From: an uncultured Thermodesulfobacteriota bacterium
GTDB taxonomy: Bacteria; Desulfobacterota; WTBG01; CAIYCZ01; CAIRTM01
DNA: 64,000 nucleotides
Direction of reading: 5' to 3'
Assembly (NCBI GenBank): GCA_964566035.1
Contig: CAZMHH010000003.1
Location: 5,220-69,219 of the forward strand
Shown here one piece after another: positions 28,863 through 39,590 of this stretch. Position numbers and translations under genes: made by a program. Every line of letters starts with the position of its first letter. Position 1 is the stretch's first letter. The notes under the pieces were generated by a model. That model did not search any database. It had not been told where the DNA came from and saw nothing but the letters and a program-made list of their open reading frames with translations.

Positions 28863-30230
28863 TCAAAATGCAGTTGTTTCAATCGAACGGTAAACCACAT
28901 CAAGGAGCAGTTGGAGTTCCTTTTCTTTAATTGAAAGCGGAGGCATAAGAATAAGAACATCTCCAAGGGGCCTTATTATAACCCCCTGTTTTCTAGCTTC
29001 AAGTATTACCCTGTGGGCAACCTGTTTTTCAATCGGAAAAGGTTTTTTGGTCTGTTTGTCCGCCACAAGCTCAATACCTGTCATGAAACCGAACTGCCTT
29101 ACATCTCCAACGCATTCAAGCCTTGAAAACTCTGCAAGACGATTCCGGAGATATTGTATCTTCGGTTTTAAATGAGCAAGAACTTCTTCAGTATAGAACA
29201 GATTAATGCTTGCCAGGGCAGCAGCACATGCTAAAGGGTTTCCTGTGTATGTATGACCATGATAAAAGGTTTTGAAATCGCTTATTTCTCCAAGAAAAGC
29301 GTTGTAGATTTCATCTGTTACAAGTGTTGCTGCCAAAGGCAGGGTTCCGCCTGTAATTCCTTTGGCAAGCGCCATAATATCTGGCTTTACCTTTTCATGT
29401 TCACATGCGAACATTTTACCTGTCCTTCCAAACCCGACAGCAACCTCATCTGCAACAAAAAGCACTTCATATTTTGAACATAGTTGCCGTGCTGCTTTTA
29501 AATAACCTTTAGGAAAGACTATCATTCCTGCAGCTCCCTGAACCATTGGCTCTATGATGAAAGCTGCAAGGTTTTTGTGGTTTTTCTTGAGCACATCCTC
29601 GAGGCTGTTGAGACATTCAAAACCGCATGATGGAAAATTTTTTTTGTAAACACAGCGGTAGCAGTAGGGTGATTGCGCTTTGATGCTTTTAAAAAGAAGG
29701 GGACTGTAGATTTTATGAAAAAGATCAATTCCTCCAACGCTGACGGAACCAACCGTGTCACCGTGATATGCATTTGTCAAGCAGGCAAACCCGGTTTTTT
29801 TCTTTGATTTTACTTTTTTCTGCTGCTGGTATTGAAAAGCAATTTTAAGGGCTATTTCAACTGCGGTTGAACCACTGTCTGAATAAAAAACCTTGTTAAG
29901 TCCTGCAGGGGTAATTGTTACAAGTTTTTCCGCCAACTCAATTGCAGGGACATTTGACAAACCAAGCAGAGTGCTGTGAGCAACCTTCTTAACCTGATTG
30001 ATAATTGCCATGTCAATCTCTTTTTTGCGGTGTCCATGCACGTTTACCCACAGAGATGATATTCCATCAAGGTAGCTTTTGCCTTCTGTGTCAAAAAGCC
30101 AGCTCCCCCTTGACTTTTCAATAACCAGAGGCGTTTCCTCGCAATATTTCTTCATCTGAGTGAATGGATGCCACAAAAAATCCTTGTCTTTTTTCACGAT
30201 ACTTGACGTTTTATTCCTGTTCTGTTTCAT
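28863..30230 (-). CDS. bioA: Adenosylmethionine-8-amino-7-oxononanoate transaminase
   Basis: WHPFTQM, DGISSLWVN.HGH, SGSTAVEIALK, YHGDT, DEVAVGFGRTG, AKGITGG, HGHTYTGNP. Confidence 0.95.
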   Translation of the reverse strand: MKQNRNKTSSIVKKDKDFLWHPFTQMKKYCEETPLVIEKSRGSWLFDTEGKSYLDGISSLWVNVHGHRKKEIDMAIINQVKKVAHSTLLGLSNVPAIELAEKLVTITPAGLNKVFYSDSGSTAVEIALKIAFQYQQQKKVKSKKKTGFACLTNAYHGDTVGSVSVGGIDLFHKIYSPLLFKSIKAQSPYCYRCVYKKNFPSCGFECLNSLEDVLKKNHKNLAAFIIEPMVQGAAGMIVFPKGYLKAARQLCSKYEVLFVADEVAVGFGRTGKMFACEHEKVKPDIMALAKGITGGTLPLAATLVTDEIYNAFLGEISDFKTFYHGHTYTGNPLACAAALASINLFYTEEVLAHLKPKIQYLRNRLAEFSRLECVGDVRQFGFMTGIELVADKQTKKPFPIEKQVAHRVILEARKQGVIIRPLGDVLILMPPLSIKEKELQLLLDVVYRSIETTAF

Positions 30231-30328
30231 AATCTTCAGTTTTCCATATTTGTCTTGTTATATGTTAAAAGGATTGTTATAATAATTACTTTAAATTATA
30301 TATCAAATACAGTCAAGAATCATTTACA

Positions 30329-30904
30329 ATGGATATAAAGGAACCAAAAACCACTGAATTCAATCCTAAACGTTTTATTGACAGCTTGTTAGAAGTTTCT
30401 CAACAGGTTGTAACCAGTCCGAGATATTTCTTTCACAATCTTCCAAGAAGCAGTGATATTGTTAATCCGTTTATTTTTCTTCTTCTCTGTGCTTTTCTTG
30501 CTGCACTGTTCATAGCAACTGTAAAAAACGGAAACCTTCAAATTTTCTTCCTTCTGTTTTTTTCAAACATAATTTCAGCTTTTGCAGGAAGTCTTATCTT
30601 CCATTTAATAGCCTTAAAAATCTTTAAATCAAATATGCCCTTTGGAGCTACATTCAGGATACTTGCCTATGCAAGTATTATGGACATTCTTTCCTGGATT
30701 CCGATACTTGGTATAGCAGCTTATTTTTATGGATTGTATATAGTCTTTATAGGGCTTCAGGAAATTCACCACCTGAATTCAAAAAATGCAGGAATTGCAA
30801 TTTTTGGTGTTATAGTGGTTATTACAGTTCTATTGGCTTTAATTTTATCTGCTGTGCCTGAAGGTCTGGAGGAAAGCATAAAAATAATTGGAAATGGCTC
30901 ATGA
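30329..30904 (+). CDS. Yip1-family membrane protein
   Basis: N-terminal SPRYFF motif followed by about 5 TM helices; ATFRILAYAS...IP.LG pattern. Confidence 0.7.
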   Translation: MDIKEPKTTEFNPKRFIDSLLEVSQQVVTSPRYFFHNLPRSSDIVNPFIFLLLCAFLAALFIATVKNGNLQIFFLLFFSNIISAFAGSLIFHLIALKIFKSNMPFGATFRILAYASIMDILSWIPILGIAAYFYGLYIVFIGLQEIHHLNSKNAGIAIFGVIVVITVLLALILSAVPEGLEESIKIIGNGS

Positions 30905-31071
30905 GGTGGTAAACTTAAAAAGGGAAAAATTAAGCTAATTTTTAAATACAAAGAACCGGGGGTATCCATAAGGAGTTTATGAGTGTAATAAATCCTTAAG
31001 AACAATTCTAAAAGTTGATTAATACATTTACAGGTTATTAGTATATATTTTTTTATAAGGAGAAATTAAAA

Positions 31072-32160
31072 ATGGCAAGGATACATAATTTTTCAGCAGG
31101 ACCTTCTACGCTGCCTTTGGAAGCACTGAAAGAGGCTTCCGAAAAACTGGTTGAGTTTGATAACAAAGGTATGTCACTGATTGAGATGAGTCACAGAGGC
31201 AAGATTTATGAATCTGTTCATAATGAAACAATAGCCCTTGCAAGGGAAATATTGAATATCCCGGATGATTTTCATATCCTTTTTATTCAGGGAGGGGCGA
31301 CATTGCAGTTTGGCATGATACCCATTGCTTTTTTGCAGAGTGGTATGACAGCGGAGTATGTATTAACGGGATCGTGGTCAAAAAAAGCCCATGAAGACGG
31401 AAAGACAGTCGGGCAGACCAATATTGCATGGGATGGAAAAGAGGAGAAATATTCACGAATTCCTGCTCAGGAAGAGCTGAAAATAACACCTGATGCATCA
31501 TACATCCATATCTGTTCAAATGAGACCATAGGGGGTATTCAGTGGAAGTCTTTTCCGGAAACAGCTCCTCAGGTGTCTCTTATTGCAGATATGTCATCTG
31601 AGATAATGTCTCGCCCGCTTCCATGGGACAGAATTGATATGGCTTACGCAGGAACTCAGAAAAACCTCGCCCCTGCAGGGATGGCTCTTGTGATCATAAA
31701 AAACAGCCTTGCTGAAAAAGCAAGAAAAGATGTTCCTGCATACCTTAGATATGACAACCATATAAATAACAACTCTCTTTTCAACACACCTCCTTCATTT
31801 GTTGTCTGGATGACAGGGCTTACTCTTAAATGGATAAAATCAATAGGGGGAATGAGAGAGGTAGAAAGAAGAAGGGATGAAAAAGCAGGGATGCTATATG
31901 AAATGATTGACTCAAGCAGCGGATACTATAACTGCCCTGTTGACATTAACAGTCGCTCTCCAATGAACGTGGTCTGGAGACTCAAAACCGAAGAACTGGA
32001 AGCGCGGTTTATAAAAGAAGCAGAGACAAAAGGGCTAAGCGGACTGAAAGGTCACCGCTCAGTAGGGGGTTGCAGGGCATCTATCTACAATGCAATGCCT
32101 GTAGAAGGCGTAAAAGCCCTTGTTGATTTTATGAAGGATTTTATGAGAATAAACGGATAA
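31072..32160 (+). CDS. serC: Phosphoserine aminotransferase
   Basis: NFSAGPS, EMSHR, NETIGG, ADMSS, AGTQKN, NTPP, GHRSVGGCRASIYNA. Confidence 0.97.
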   Translation: MARIHNFSAGPSTLPLEALKEASEKLVEFDNKGMSLIEMSHRGKIYESVHNETIALAREILNIPDDFHILFIQGGATLQFGMIPIAFLQSGMTAEYVLTGSWSKKAHEDGKTVGQTNIAWDGKEEKYSRIPAQEELKITPDASYIHICSNETIGGIQWKSFPETAPQVSLIADMSSEIMSRPLPWDRIDMAYAGTQKNLAPAGMALVIIKNSLAEKARKDVPAYLRYDNHINNNSLFNTPPSFVVWMTGLTLKWIKSIGGMREVERRRDEKAGMLYEMIDSSSGYYNCPVDINSRSPMNVVWRLKTEELEARFIKEAETKGLSGLKGHRSVGGCRASIYNAMPVEGVKALVDFMKDFMRING

Positions 32161-32170
32161 AACAAAAACA

Positions 32171-32208
32171 GGAAGGTTCCCCGTAAAAGGCAGGAGCCTC
32201 CTTTTTTT
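32171..32208 (+). terminator. Intrinsic terminator after serC
   Basis: GGAAGGTTCC...GGAGCCTCC hairpin (one bulge, G-U pair) followed by a T7 run. Confidence 0.6.
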
Positions 32209-32245
32209 ATTCTCTATGTCCAAAGATATCCAGGCTTGGGATAAT

Positions 32246-34423
32246 TTACCAAAGCAGGTATGGGTAGCCGTCGTTGATTTTTTCAGAAATTGCCCAGGTG
32301 TTTTTAAAATCCCAGAGAGAATCAAATGTACTTTGGTTTTTCATGTTTACTGTTGTCTGGGCTGTTGCTCCTGTTCCAGTGTTTTGCCCTGAGGCGTCAC
32401 TGTCAAAGAAATTAGACTCATAAATGGGGATTCCGCCTTCCTCTTCCCCCCCTACAAAACCTTTGTCCTCCAGGCTCCAGTCAACCCCTGTTGATTGAAA
32501 TACCCTGCCGGTGCTGTAGGAATATTCTATTATGCCGCCATAATTGTTTCCGCAGAATCCTCCAAAACTTGTATTATCATGCCCCCAAATTCTTGTTGCA
32601 CTGCCTTTGCTATAGCAGTTGCTGATAAGACCTGTGTTATATCCTGCGAATCCGCCAAAATAGTTCCATTGCCTTACGTTGCCGATGCTGTAGCAGGCTT
32701 TGATCAGACCATTATCTCCATTCCATCCCACAAAACCTCCATTCCCCGTAACACTATTTTCACTGTAAGAGTTTTTAATTTCGCCTTCATTTCTCCCTGC
32801 GAAGCCCCCTACGGCATCACCATATTCAACAGTGCCTTTGCTGTAACAGTTGTCAATTTTGCCATCATTCCAACCAACAAATCCACCTATCCACCAACGA
32901 TAACCTATGTTATTATAATGATATTCTTCAGTGCCGGATATAACATCCGCATTGGAGTAAGACATTGCAACAGTTCCACCCCGGTTGTATCCAACCGTGC
33001 CACCCACAAATGACATACCATTAACTGATCCCTCAAAGTATGATTGAGTCAAAGTGCCTGAATTGGTTTCCACATTAGCTCCCACAAGCCCGCCAACGGC
33101 ATTTTCACCCTCAACAATTGCATCAGAGTGTGACTGCTCAATTAGACCAGCATTACCTCCTGCCAATCCTCCGATAAACCATAAACCTGTTACAGAGTCA
33201 GTAGTGTATGACATGGTAATTGTGCTGTTCCAGTTAATGCCTACCAAACCTCCAACAAATTCATTGCCAGTTACTGAACCGGTGGAGTGTGAATCAGTAA
33301 TTGTTCCATTCCATTTATATCCGATCAAGCCCCCAGCAACAGTATTATTACCCACTACATCACCGGTTGAATATGACTCTGCAACCGTGCCCCCGTCACC
33401 GCCAATAAGTCCCCCGACATGATCATTTCCTGTTGCAGAACTTTCTGTGTATGATTGAGAAACCATACCGGAACTAGTACCGATTAACCCACCAACATAC
33501 GCATTGCCAGTTGCAGATCCGGAAGAGTGTGACTTGGTCACTGTACCGTTATGACTCCCCATAAGTCCTCCGACATGATCATTTCCTGTTGCAGAAACAT
33601 TTGTGTGCGATTGGAAAACAATACCGATGTTAAAACCTATCAAACCGCCTACATGATCATTGCCGGTTACAGAGCCGGATGTATATGAGTCAGTAATTGT
33701 TCCATTCCATTTATATCCGATCAAGCCCCCAGCAACAGTATTATTGCCTGTTACATCACCGGTTGAATATGACTCTGCAACCGTACCCCCGTCACCGCCA
33801 ATAAGTCCTCCGACAAAATCATTGCCTGTTACTGAAATATCCGTGTATGATTTGGTAACTGTTCCAATATCAACATTAATTCCAATCAAGCCCCCAACAT
33901 AATCATTACCAGCTACAGCACCAGTGGAGTATGACTGAATAACCTCTCCTACATTTCCACCGGCTATTGCTCCAACATATTTACCTCCTGCAACTAAACC
34001 TTCAGGGTCAATCTCAATACCAAGCTTTTCCACCTTGCCATTTTCACCCAACACACCAAAAAAACCGACAAATTCATCTTCAGAACGATTGATCTTAAGA
34101 TTTGTTATCTTTTTGTTGTTGCCGTTGAAAGTTCCTGTGAATTGGTAATAAATATTGCCAATAGGGGACCAGCCCGCACTGCTCTGAGCAAGAAAATCTT
34201 TCAAATCTATGTCATTCATTAATATGAAATGCTTGTCAAAATGATTGCGAACATTGTCAAGCTGTACCACTGTTGTTATATGATATGGATCTGACACTTC
34301 TCCGCTTCCCCCTGAAAACTGTGCCACAGCAGCGCCCGGAATAAAAAACAGTGAAAATATAATAACTGAATATAAGAATAAGCAGGCTTTTAATTTAGTG
34401 AGGTCTTTCTGTTTATTTATCAT
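32246..34423 (-). CDS. Secreted GLUG-motif repeat protein
   Basis: Signal peptide ending AVAQ; FSGGSG...DPY.I N-cap; many (V/I)GG(L/F)(I/V)G.N.G.(V/I)..SYS.G.V.G repeats; C-terminal W...INDGYPYL. Confidence 0.88.
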   Translation of the reverse strand: MINKQKDLTKLKACLFLYSVIIFSLFFIPGAAVAQFSGGSGEVSDPYHITTVVQLDNVRNHFDKHFILMNDIDLKDFLAQSSAGWSPIGNIYYQFTGTFNGNNKKITNLKINRSEDEFVGFFGVLGENGKVEKLGIEIDPEGLVAGGKYVGAIAGGNVGEVIQSYSTGAVAGNDYVGGLIGINVDIGTVTKSYTDISVTGNDFVGGLIGGDGGTVAESYSTGDVTGNNTVAGGLIGYKWNGTITDSYTSGSVTGNDHVGGLIGFNIGIVFQSHTNVSATGNDHVGGLMGSHNGTVTKSHSSGSATGNAYVGGLIGTSSGMVSQSYTESSATGNDHVGGLIGGDGGTVAESYSTGDVVGNNTVAGGLIGYKWNGTITDSHSTGSVTGNEFVGGLVGINWNSTITMSYTTDSVTGLWFIGGLAGGNAGLIEQSHSDAIVEGENAVGGLVGANVETNSGTLTQSYFEGSVNGMSFVGGTVGYNRGGTVAMSYSNADVISGTEEYHYNNIGYRWWIGGFVGWNDGKIDNCYSKGTVEYGDAVGGFAGRNEGEIKNSYSENSVTGNGGFVGWNGDNGLIKACYSIGNVRQWNYFGGFAGYNTGLISNCYSKGSATRIWGHDNTSFGGFCGNNYGGIIEYSYSTGRVFQSTGVDWSLEDKGFVGGEEEGGIPIYESNFFDSDASGQNTGTGATAQTTVNMKNQSTFDSLWDFKNTWAISEKINDGYPYLLW
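33294..33814. repeat. Near-identical internal duplication in the GLUG gene (33294-33418 vs 33690-33814, offset 396 nt)
   Basis: Both copies read TCAGTAATTGTTCCATTCCATTTATATCCGATCAAGCCCCCAGCAACAGTATTATT...ACATCACCGGTTGAATATGACTCTGCAACCGT... Confidence 0.9.
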
Positions 34424-34682
34424 TGTTATCCCCTCTCAATTTAACATATTGATTAATGTTAATATTTATATATTGGTTTTTTTACCAAAAGTCAAGCAAA
34501 AATAAAGTATTAGACTATTGAAAAAAATATACGGCTTAGGATAATCTCCTAAAGCGGCTATTGGGTATTATTTGCTTTGTAAATTCAGGAACAAAGTGTG
34601 CAGATATGGTGAAGAAATTCTATCGTTCAAATGAGTGTATATGTAAAAAGATACAACCGATAAAATTAAGGAATGGTTAGAT

Positions 34683-34720
34683 AAAAAAAAAGAGGCTCAA
34701 ATTGCATTTTGAGCCTCTTT
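34683..34720 (-). terminator. Intrinsic terminator after ppdK
   Basis: AAGAGGCTCAAA-6 nt loop-TTTGAGCCTCTT perfect stem followed by a long T run on the minus strand. Confidence 0.85.
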
Positions 34721-34732
34721 CCAGGGTTTAAC

Positions 34733-37492
34733 TTATTTTCGTTTTTTCTTATCCTGTTTTTTCCCTGCTTTATTGTTTTTCAAAGCAGCCTGAGCTGCTG
34801 CAAGCCTTGCAATTGGTACCCTGAATGGTGAACAGCTGACATAGTTGAGTCCCGCTCTACAGCAAAACTCAACAGATGCAGGCTCACCTCCCTGCTCTCC
34901 GCATATACCTATTTTCAAATCTTTTCGTGTTGAACGTCCTCGTTTGACAGATATTTCAATAAGCTGCCCGACACCATCCTGGTCAATGGTTTGAAACGGA
35001 TCGGCTGGAATAAGTTTCTTGCTTATGTATTCGGGCAAAAACCCTCCTATATCATCTCTGCTGAAGCCAAAGGTCATCTGAGTCAGGTCATTTGTTCCAA
35101 AGGAAAAAAAGTCGGCTTCAGCGGCTATTCTGTCTGAAAGAAGCGCAGCGCGTGGTATTTCTATCATTGTTCCTGCAAGGTATGTAATCTGACGAACCCC
35201 CTTTTTTTTGCATACCTCGTCATAGACACGCGAGATGATTTCCTTCTGATGTTTTATCTCGCTTGCGTCACATGTAACGGGGATCATAATCTCGGGCTTG
35301 CATCTCTTCTTTGCCTTGTTTAGTTCTGCAGCCGCCTCAAATATAGCACGAGCCTGCATTTCTGTGATTTCCGGAAAGGTAATTCCCAGACGCACTCCTC
35401 TGTGTCCCATCATGGGGTTTGACTCATGCAGCGAATTACCGCGTTTACGAGCCTCAGAGAGGCTTATCCCAAGGGCTTTTGCGACCTCCTCCTGCTTGTC
35501 TTTGCTTTGTGGAACAAATTCATGTAATGGAGGATCAAGCAGTCTGATAGTGACAGGACGACCGGCCATTGCCTCCATCGTATTCTTTATATCTTTTTTT
35601 ACAAACGGGAACAGTTCATTTATGGCGCTTTGGCGCTCCTTCTTATTTGAGCTCAGTATCATCTTCCGGAGCAGGAAAAGCGGTTTATCAGATCCTGTGC
35701 CGTAAAACATATGTTCTGTTCTGAAAAGGCCAATACCTTCAGCTCCGAAAGCAAGAGCCATTTTTGCATCTTCAGGAGTATCAGCATTCGTGCGAACACC
35801 GATTGTTCTGAATTTGTCAACCATCTTCATGAATTTCTGGAAACGGGGATTTTCAGATGCATCAATCATCTCAAGCTTTCCTTCATAAACGATGCCCTTT
35901 GTTCCGTTGAGGGTAATCCAGCTTCCTTCACTGTATGTTTTACCGTCAACGCTCATCTTTTTTGCACTTCCCTGAACCTGTATTTCTCCTGCTCCCACAA
36001 TGCAGCATTTGCCCCATCCTCGTGCAACAAGTGCTGCATGAGAAGTCATTCCGCCTCTTGCTGTAAGTACAGCCTCAGCCTCTCTCATTCCCTCCACATC
36101 TTCAGGGTTTGTCTCTTCTCTTACAAGTATTACTTTTTTGCCCTGAGAAGTCTGTTTAACAGCTTCTTCAGCAGTAAATACTATCTGCCCAGCAGCGCCT
36201 CCCGGGCCTGCGGGAAGCCCTTTAGCTATAACTTTTGCCTTCTTTTCAGAAGAAGGATCAACAAACGGATGCAGCAACTGGTCAAGGTGTGCGGGTTCTA
36301 CTCTTGTAACAGCAGTCTTTTGATCTATTAATCTTTCAGAGAGCATATCCATAGCCATATTAAGAGCTGCAGTGCCCGTTCTTTTTCCGTTTCGGCACTG
36401 GAGCATGAAGAGAGTTCCTTCCTGGATTGTGAATTCAATATCCTGCATATCACAATAGTTTTTTTCAAGCTTTTTTCTGATATCAAGAAGCTGTTTGTAT
36501 ATTTTTGGCATTATCTTCTGAAGTGAGGGAAGATGCCTGTTCTGTTCATTGCCTGTATCTTCATTTAACGGGTTCGGGGTGCGTGTGCCGGCAACAACAT
36601 CCTCACCTTGAGCGTTTACAAGCCATTCGCCGTAAAACTTGTTCTCACCTGTTGCAGGATTGCGGGTGAATGCCACGCCTGTGGCTGAAGTGTCGCCCAT
36701 ATTGCCAAATACCATAGACTGAACATTAACCGCTGTACCCCAATTGTCCGGTATTCCTTCAATCCGGCGATATGAAACAGCACGCTTACCGTTCCAGCTC
36801 TTGAAAACTGCTCCGATTCCGCCCCAGAGCTGTTTCCATGGATCGTCAGGAAAATCTGTTTTTAAAACCTTTTTAACCTGTTTTTTAAAATCATCAACCA
36901 GTTTCTTTAAATCATCTGCTGTAAGTTCTGTATCATTTTTGTATTTTTTCTTTTTCTTGTAACCTTCCAGGATATCATCAAGCTGTTTTCTAATACCCAT
37001 ATCCTCCTGAGGTTCTATCCCTTCTGCCTTTTCCATTACAACATCGGAATACATCATAATGAGTCTTCTATATGCATCGTAGACAAACCTTTCATTGCCT
37101 GTCTTTTTAATCATTCCCGGAATGGTTTTTGTCGAAAGACCGATGTTGAGAACGGTCTCCATCATGCCCGGCATTGATTTTACAGCTCCTGAACGGCATG
37201 AAAGAAGAAGGGGTTTTTTAGGGTTGCCGAACTCCAGTCCCATATTTTTTTCTACTCTTTTCAGGGCGGATATCACCTCTTTTTCAGCGCTTTTAGGGTA
37301 TTTTCCGCCTGAGGCAAGAAAGTCAACACAACACTCTGTTGTGATTGTGAAACCTGCAGGAACGGGAAGTCCGATTAAACACATTTCCGCAAGATTGGCG
37401 CCTTTGCCTCCAAGAAGCTCTTTCATTTTTGCATTGCCTTCGGCTTTGTCCTTGCCAAAAAAATATACATATTTCTTTGCCATAAACCTCAT
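34733..37492 (-). CDS. ppdK: Pyruvate, phosphate dikinase
   Basis: LGGKGANLAEM, RSGA..SMPGMM, GGMTSHAALVARG (phospho-His), NPMMGHRGVR, FSFGTNDLTQ. Confidence 0.97.
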   Translation of the reverse strand: MRFMAKKYVYFFGKDKAEGNAKMKELLGGKGANLAEMCLIGLPVPAGFTITTECCVDFLASGGKYPKSAEKEVISALKRVEKNMGLEFGNPKKPLLLSCRSGAVKSMPGMMETVLNIGLSTKTIPGMIKKTGNERFVYDAYRRLIMMYSDVVMEKAEGIEPQEDMGIRKQLDDILEGYKKKKKYKNDTELTADDLKKLVDDFKKQVKKVLKTDFPDDPWKQLWGGIGAVFKSWNGKRAVSYRRIEGIPDNWGTAVNVQSMVFGNMGDTSATGVAFTRNPATGENKFYGEWLVNAQGEDVVAGTRTPNPLNEDTGNEQNRHLPSLQKIMPKIYKQLLDIRKKLEKNYCDMQDIEFTIQEGTLFMLQCRNGKRTGTAALNMAMDMLSERLIDQKTAVTRVEPAHLDQLLHPFVDPSSEKKAKVIAKGLPAGPGGAAGQIVFTAEEAVKQTSQGKKVILVREETNPEDVEGMREAEAVLTARGGMTSHAALVARGWGKCCIVGAGEIQVQGSAKKMSVDGKTYSEGSWITLNGTKGIVYEGKLEMIDASENPRFQKFMKMVDKFRTIGVRTNADTPEDAKMALAFGAEGIGLFRTEHMFYGTGSDKPLFLLRKMILSSNKKERQSAINELFPFVKKDIKNTMEAMAGRPVTIRLLDPPLHEFVPQSKDKQEEVAKALGISLSEARKRGNSLHESNPMMGHRGVRLGITFPEITEMQARAIFEAAAELNKAKKRCKPEIMIPVTCDASEIKHQKEIISRVYDEVCKKKGVRQITYLAGTMIEIPRAALLSDRIAAEADFFSFGTNDLTQMTFGFSRDDIGGFLPEYISKKLIPADPFQTIDQDGVGQLIEISVKRGRSTRKDLKIGICGEQGGEPASVEFCCRAGLNYVSCSPFRVPIARLAAAQAALKNNKAGKKQDKKKRK

Positions 37493-37511
37493 CCTCCTTC
37501 TGCTGTAATGG

Positions 37512-39590
37512 TTATTTTTTTTCGGTTGTTATTTTTGAGAAATCCGCAAAATCAGTAAAAAGTTTTGCTATCTCATATAGCAGAGACAATCTGTTCTGCC
37601 GCAGTTGTTCGTCTTCTGCCATTACAAGAACATTGTCAAAAAATAAGTCAACTTCCGTTTTTATCGTGGATATAAGTTTTAAGGCAGCATCATATTTTTT
37701 GTTTGTCATTAAATCTAATACATTATCATGTATCTTAAGATATTTGTCGTAAAGAAGTTTTTCATTCTCATCTAAAAAAAGGGTTTTGTCAACAGTACCA
37801 AAAGTCTTGCCTTCAAGGATATTGACGACCCTTTTAAATGAGATCGAAAGTGCCTCAAAATCAGGGTCTTTTTTCATCCTGTTCAGTGATTCAATGCGAT
37901 CATTAGCATCTGTTATATCATCAAGCCCTCTTGAAAGAACTGCTTCAACCGCGTCATAGGCGATTCCGTTCAGGGTAAGCATATTTGAAAGCCTTCCGAT
38001 AAAAAAGCCTATAATATCGCTTAAAATATCGGTCTTTGTTCTGGTGATTTTTTCAGAAAGAAGGGATATTGCTTTGTCTGTACACTCTTTTAAGGAGAGG
38101 GTATATCTTCTGCTTATTATTATGTTTATTATCCCGAGCGCCTGTCTTCTGAGAGCATAAGGGTCAGCTGTTCCTGTCGGGGCAAGTCCAATTCCAAAAC
38201 ACCCAGTTATTGTGTCAAGCTTGTCGGCAATGCTCACAACAGCGCCTGTATCGGTTTCGGGCAGTTTGTCTCCTGAAAACCTCGGGAGATAGTGTTCAAA
38301 TACTGCATCATAAACATCTTTTTCTTCTCCTGCAATCTTAGCATATTCTCTTCCCATAACACCCTGAAGTTCAGGAAATTCGCCAACCATTCCTGACACA
38401 AGATCTGCCTTACACAAATATGCAGCCCTGTCAATCTTTTGAGATATTGATTCCAAACCAAGTGTTTGTGCTGTAAAAAGCGCAAGGTTTTTGAAACGCA
38501 TGACCTTTTCATAAGAGGTACCGAGTTTTGCCTGAAAAACAACCTGTTTAAGCGACTCAGTCATGCTGTCAAGAGATTTTTTCTGGTCTTCTGTGAAAAA
38601 AAAGGCTGCATCTGAGAGTCTTGCACGCAGAACCCTTTCATGTCCGTTAATAACAACCTGAGCGTTTGCAACATCTGTGTTGTTTACAGCAATAAAATGC
38701 TGAAGAGGGCGGCTATCTTTTGAAAAAACCGGAAAATATCTCTGGTGTTTTTTCATTGTTAAAACAAGAAGTTCTTTGGGCAGATTTAAAAATTCCTTGT
38801 CAAATCTGCACAGAACAGCATAAGGATACTCAATAAGCCATACAACCTCTTGAATCAGATCTTCATCATCATCTGTTATTCCACCGGCTCTTTCGGAACG
38901 ATCCTTTATCTGTTCTTCCAGCATGTTTTTTCTTGCAAGCGGATCAACAATAACCGATGATTTTTCCATCGCAGTAAAATAGGAAGATATGCAGTCAACT
39001 TCCAATTCGTCTGGCGACATGAATCTGTGTCCTCTGGTCTTATTGCCGGAGGTAATTCCACCAAGAGAAAAAGATACTGTTTTACCGTTAAAGATTGCTA
39101 CAATCCAGTGAACAGGTCTTGCATAACGAATGTCATATGTATGCCAGCGCATGGATTTTGGATATGTAAGACCTGCAATAACAGATGGGATGATTTCAGG
39201 CAGAAGGGTTTCTGTGGGTTTGCCCTGTTCTTTTCTTTCCGCGCTTATATATTCGCCTTTTTCTGTTTTAATGAATTTAATCTGAGATATATCTATGCCC
39301 TGTCCTTTTGCAAATCCTATAGCTGCTTTTGTAGGATTTCCATTGCTGTCAAAAGCAGCCGATCTGGCAGGACCGGTCTTTTGAATGACAATATCTTTCT
39401 GCATCGGGGCTATTCCGTTTGCTGCAAGGACAAGCCTTCTTGGAGTTCCATAAGTTTTTATCTCTCTAAAATCGATTCTTCTTTTCTGCAGTTCACGCTC
39501 CATTAAATCCTTAAACGAGGCAACAGCCGGGGGCATAAACCTGGCAGGTATTTCTTCGGTTCCTATTTCGACAAGCAGTTCTCCGGTCAT
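37512..39590 (-). CDS. glyS: Glycine-tRNA ligase beta subunit
   Basis: LLVEIGTEEIP, TPRRL, SMRW...RPVHW, EFPELQGVMG, DPYALRR. Confidence 0.97.
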   Translation of the reverse strand: MTGELLVEIGTEEIPARFMPPAVASFKDLMERELQKRRIDFREIKTYGTPRRLVLAANGIAPMQKDIVIQKTGPARSAAFDSNGNPTKAAIGFAKGQGIDISQIKFIKTEKGEYISAERKEQGKPTETLLPEIIPSVIAGLTYPKSMRWHTYDIRYARPVHWIVAIFNGKTVSFSLGGITSGNKTRGHRFMSPDELEVDCISSYFTAMEKSSVIVDPLARKNMLEEQIKDRSERAGGITDDDEDLIQEVVWLIEYPYAVLCRFDKEFLNLPKELLVLTMKKHQRYFPVFSKDSRPLQHFIAVNNTDVANAQVVINGHERVLRARLSDAAFFFTEDQKKSLDSMTESLKQVVFQAKLGTSYEKVMRFKNLALFTAQTLGLESISQKIDRAAYLCKADLVSGMVGEFPELQGVMGREYAKIAGEEKDVYDAVFEHYLPRFSGDKLPETDTGAVVSIADKLDTITGCFGIGLAPTGTADPYALRRQALGIINIIISRRYTLSLKECTDKAISLLSEKITRTKTDILSDIIGFFIGRLSNMLTLNGIAYDAVEAVLSRGLDDITDANDRIESLNRMKKDPDFEALSISFKRVVNILEGKTFGTVDKTLFLDENEKLLYDKYLKIHDNVLDLMTNKKYDAALKLISTIKTEVDLFFDNVLVMAEDEQLRQNRLSLLYEIAKLFTDFADFSKITTEKK

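Noticed and set aside
30231-30328. Possible BirA operator upstream of bioA
   Set aside because: No TGTAAAC-N14/15-GTTTACA-like palindrome was found.
32246-34423. Repeats as a possible CRISPR array
   Set aside because: They are in-frame protein-coding GLUG repeats, with no spacer structure or cas genes.
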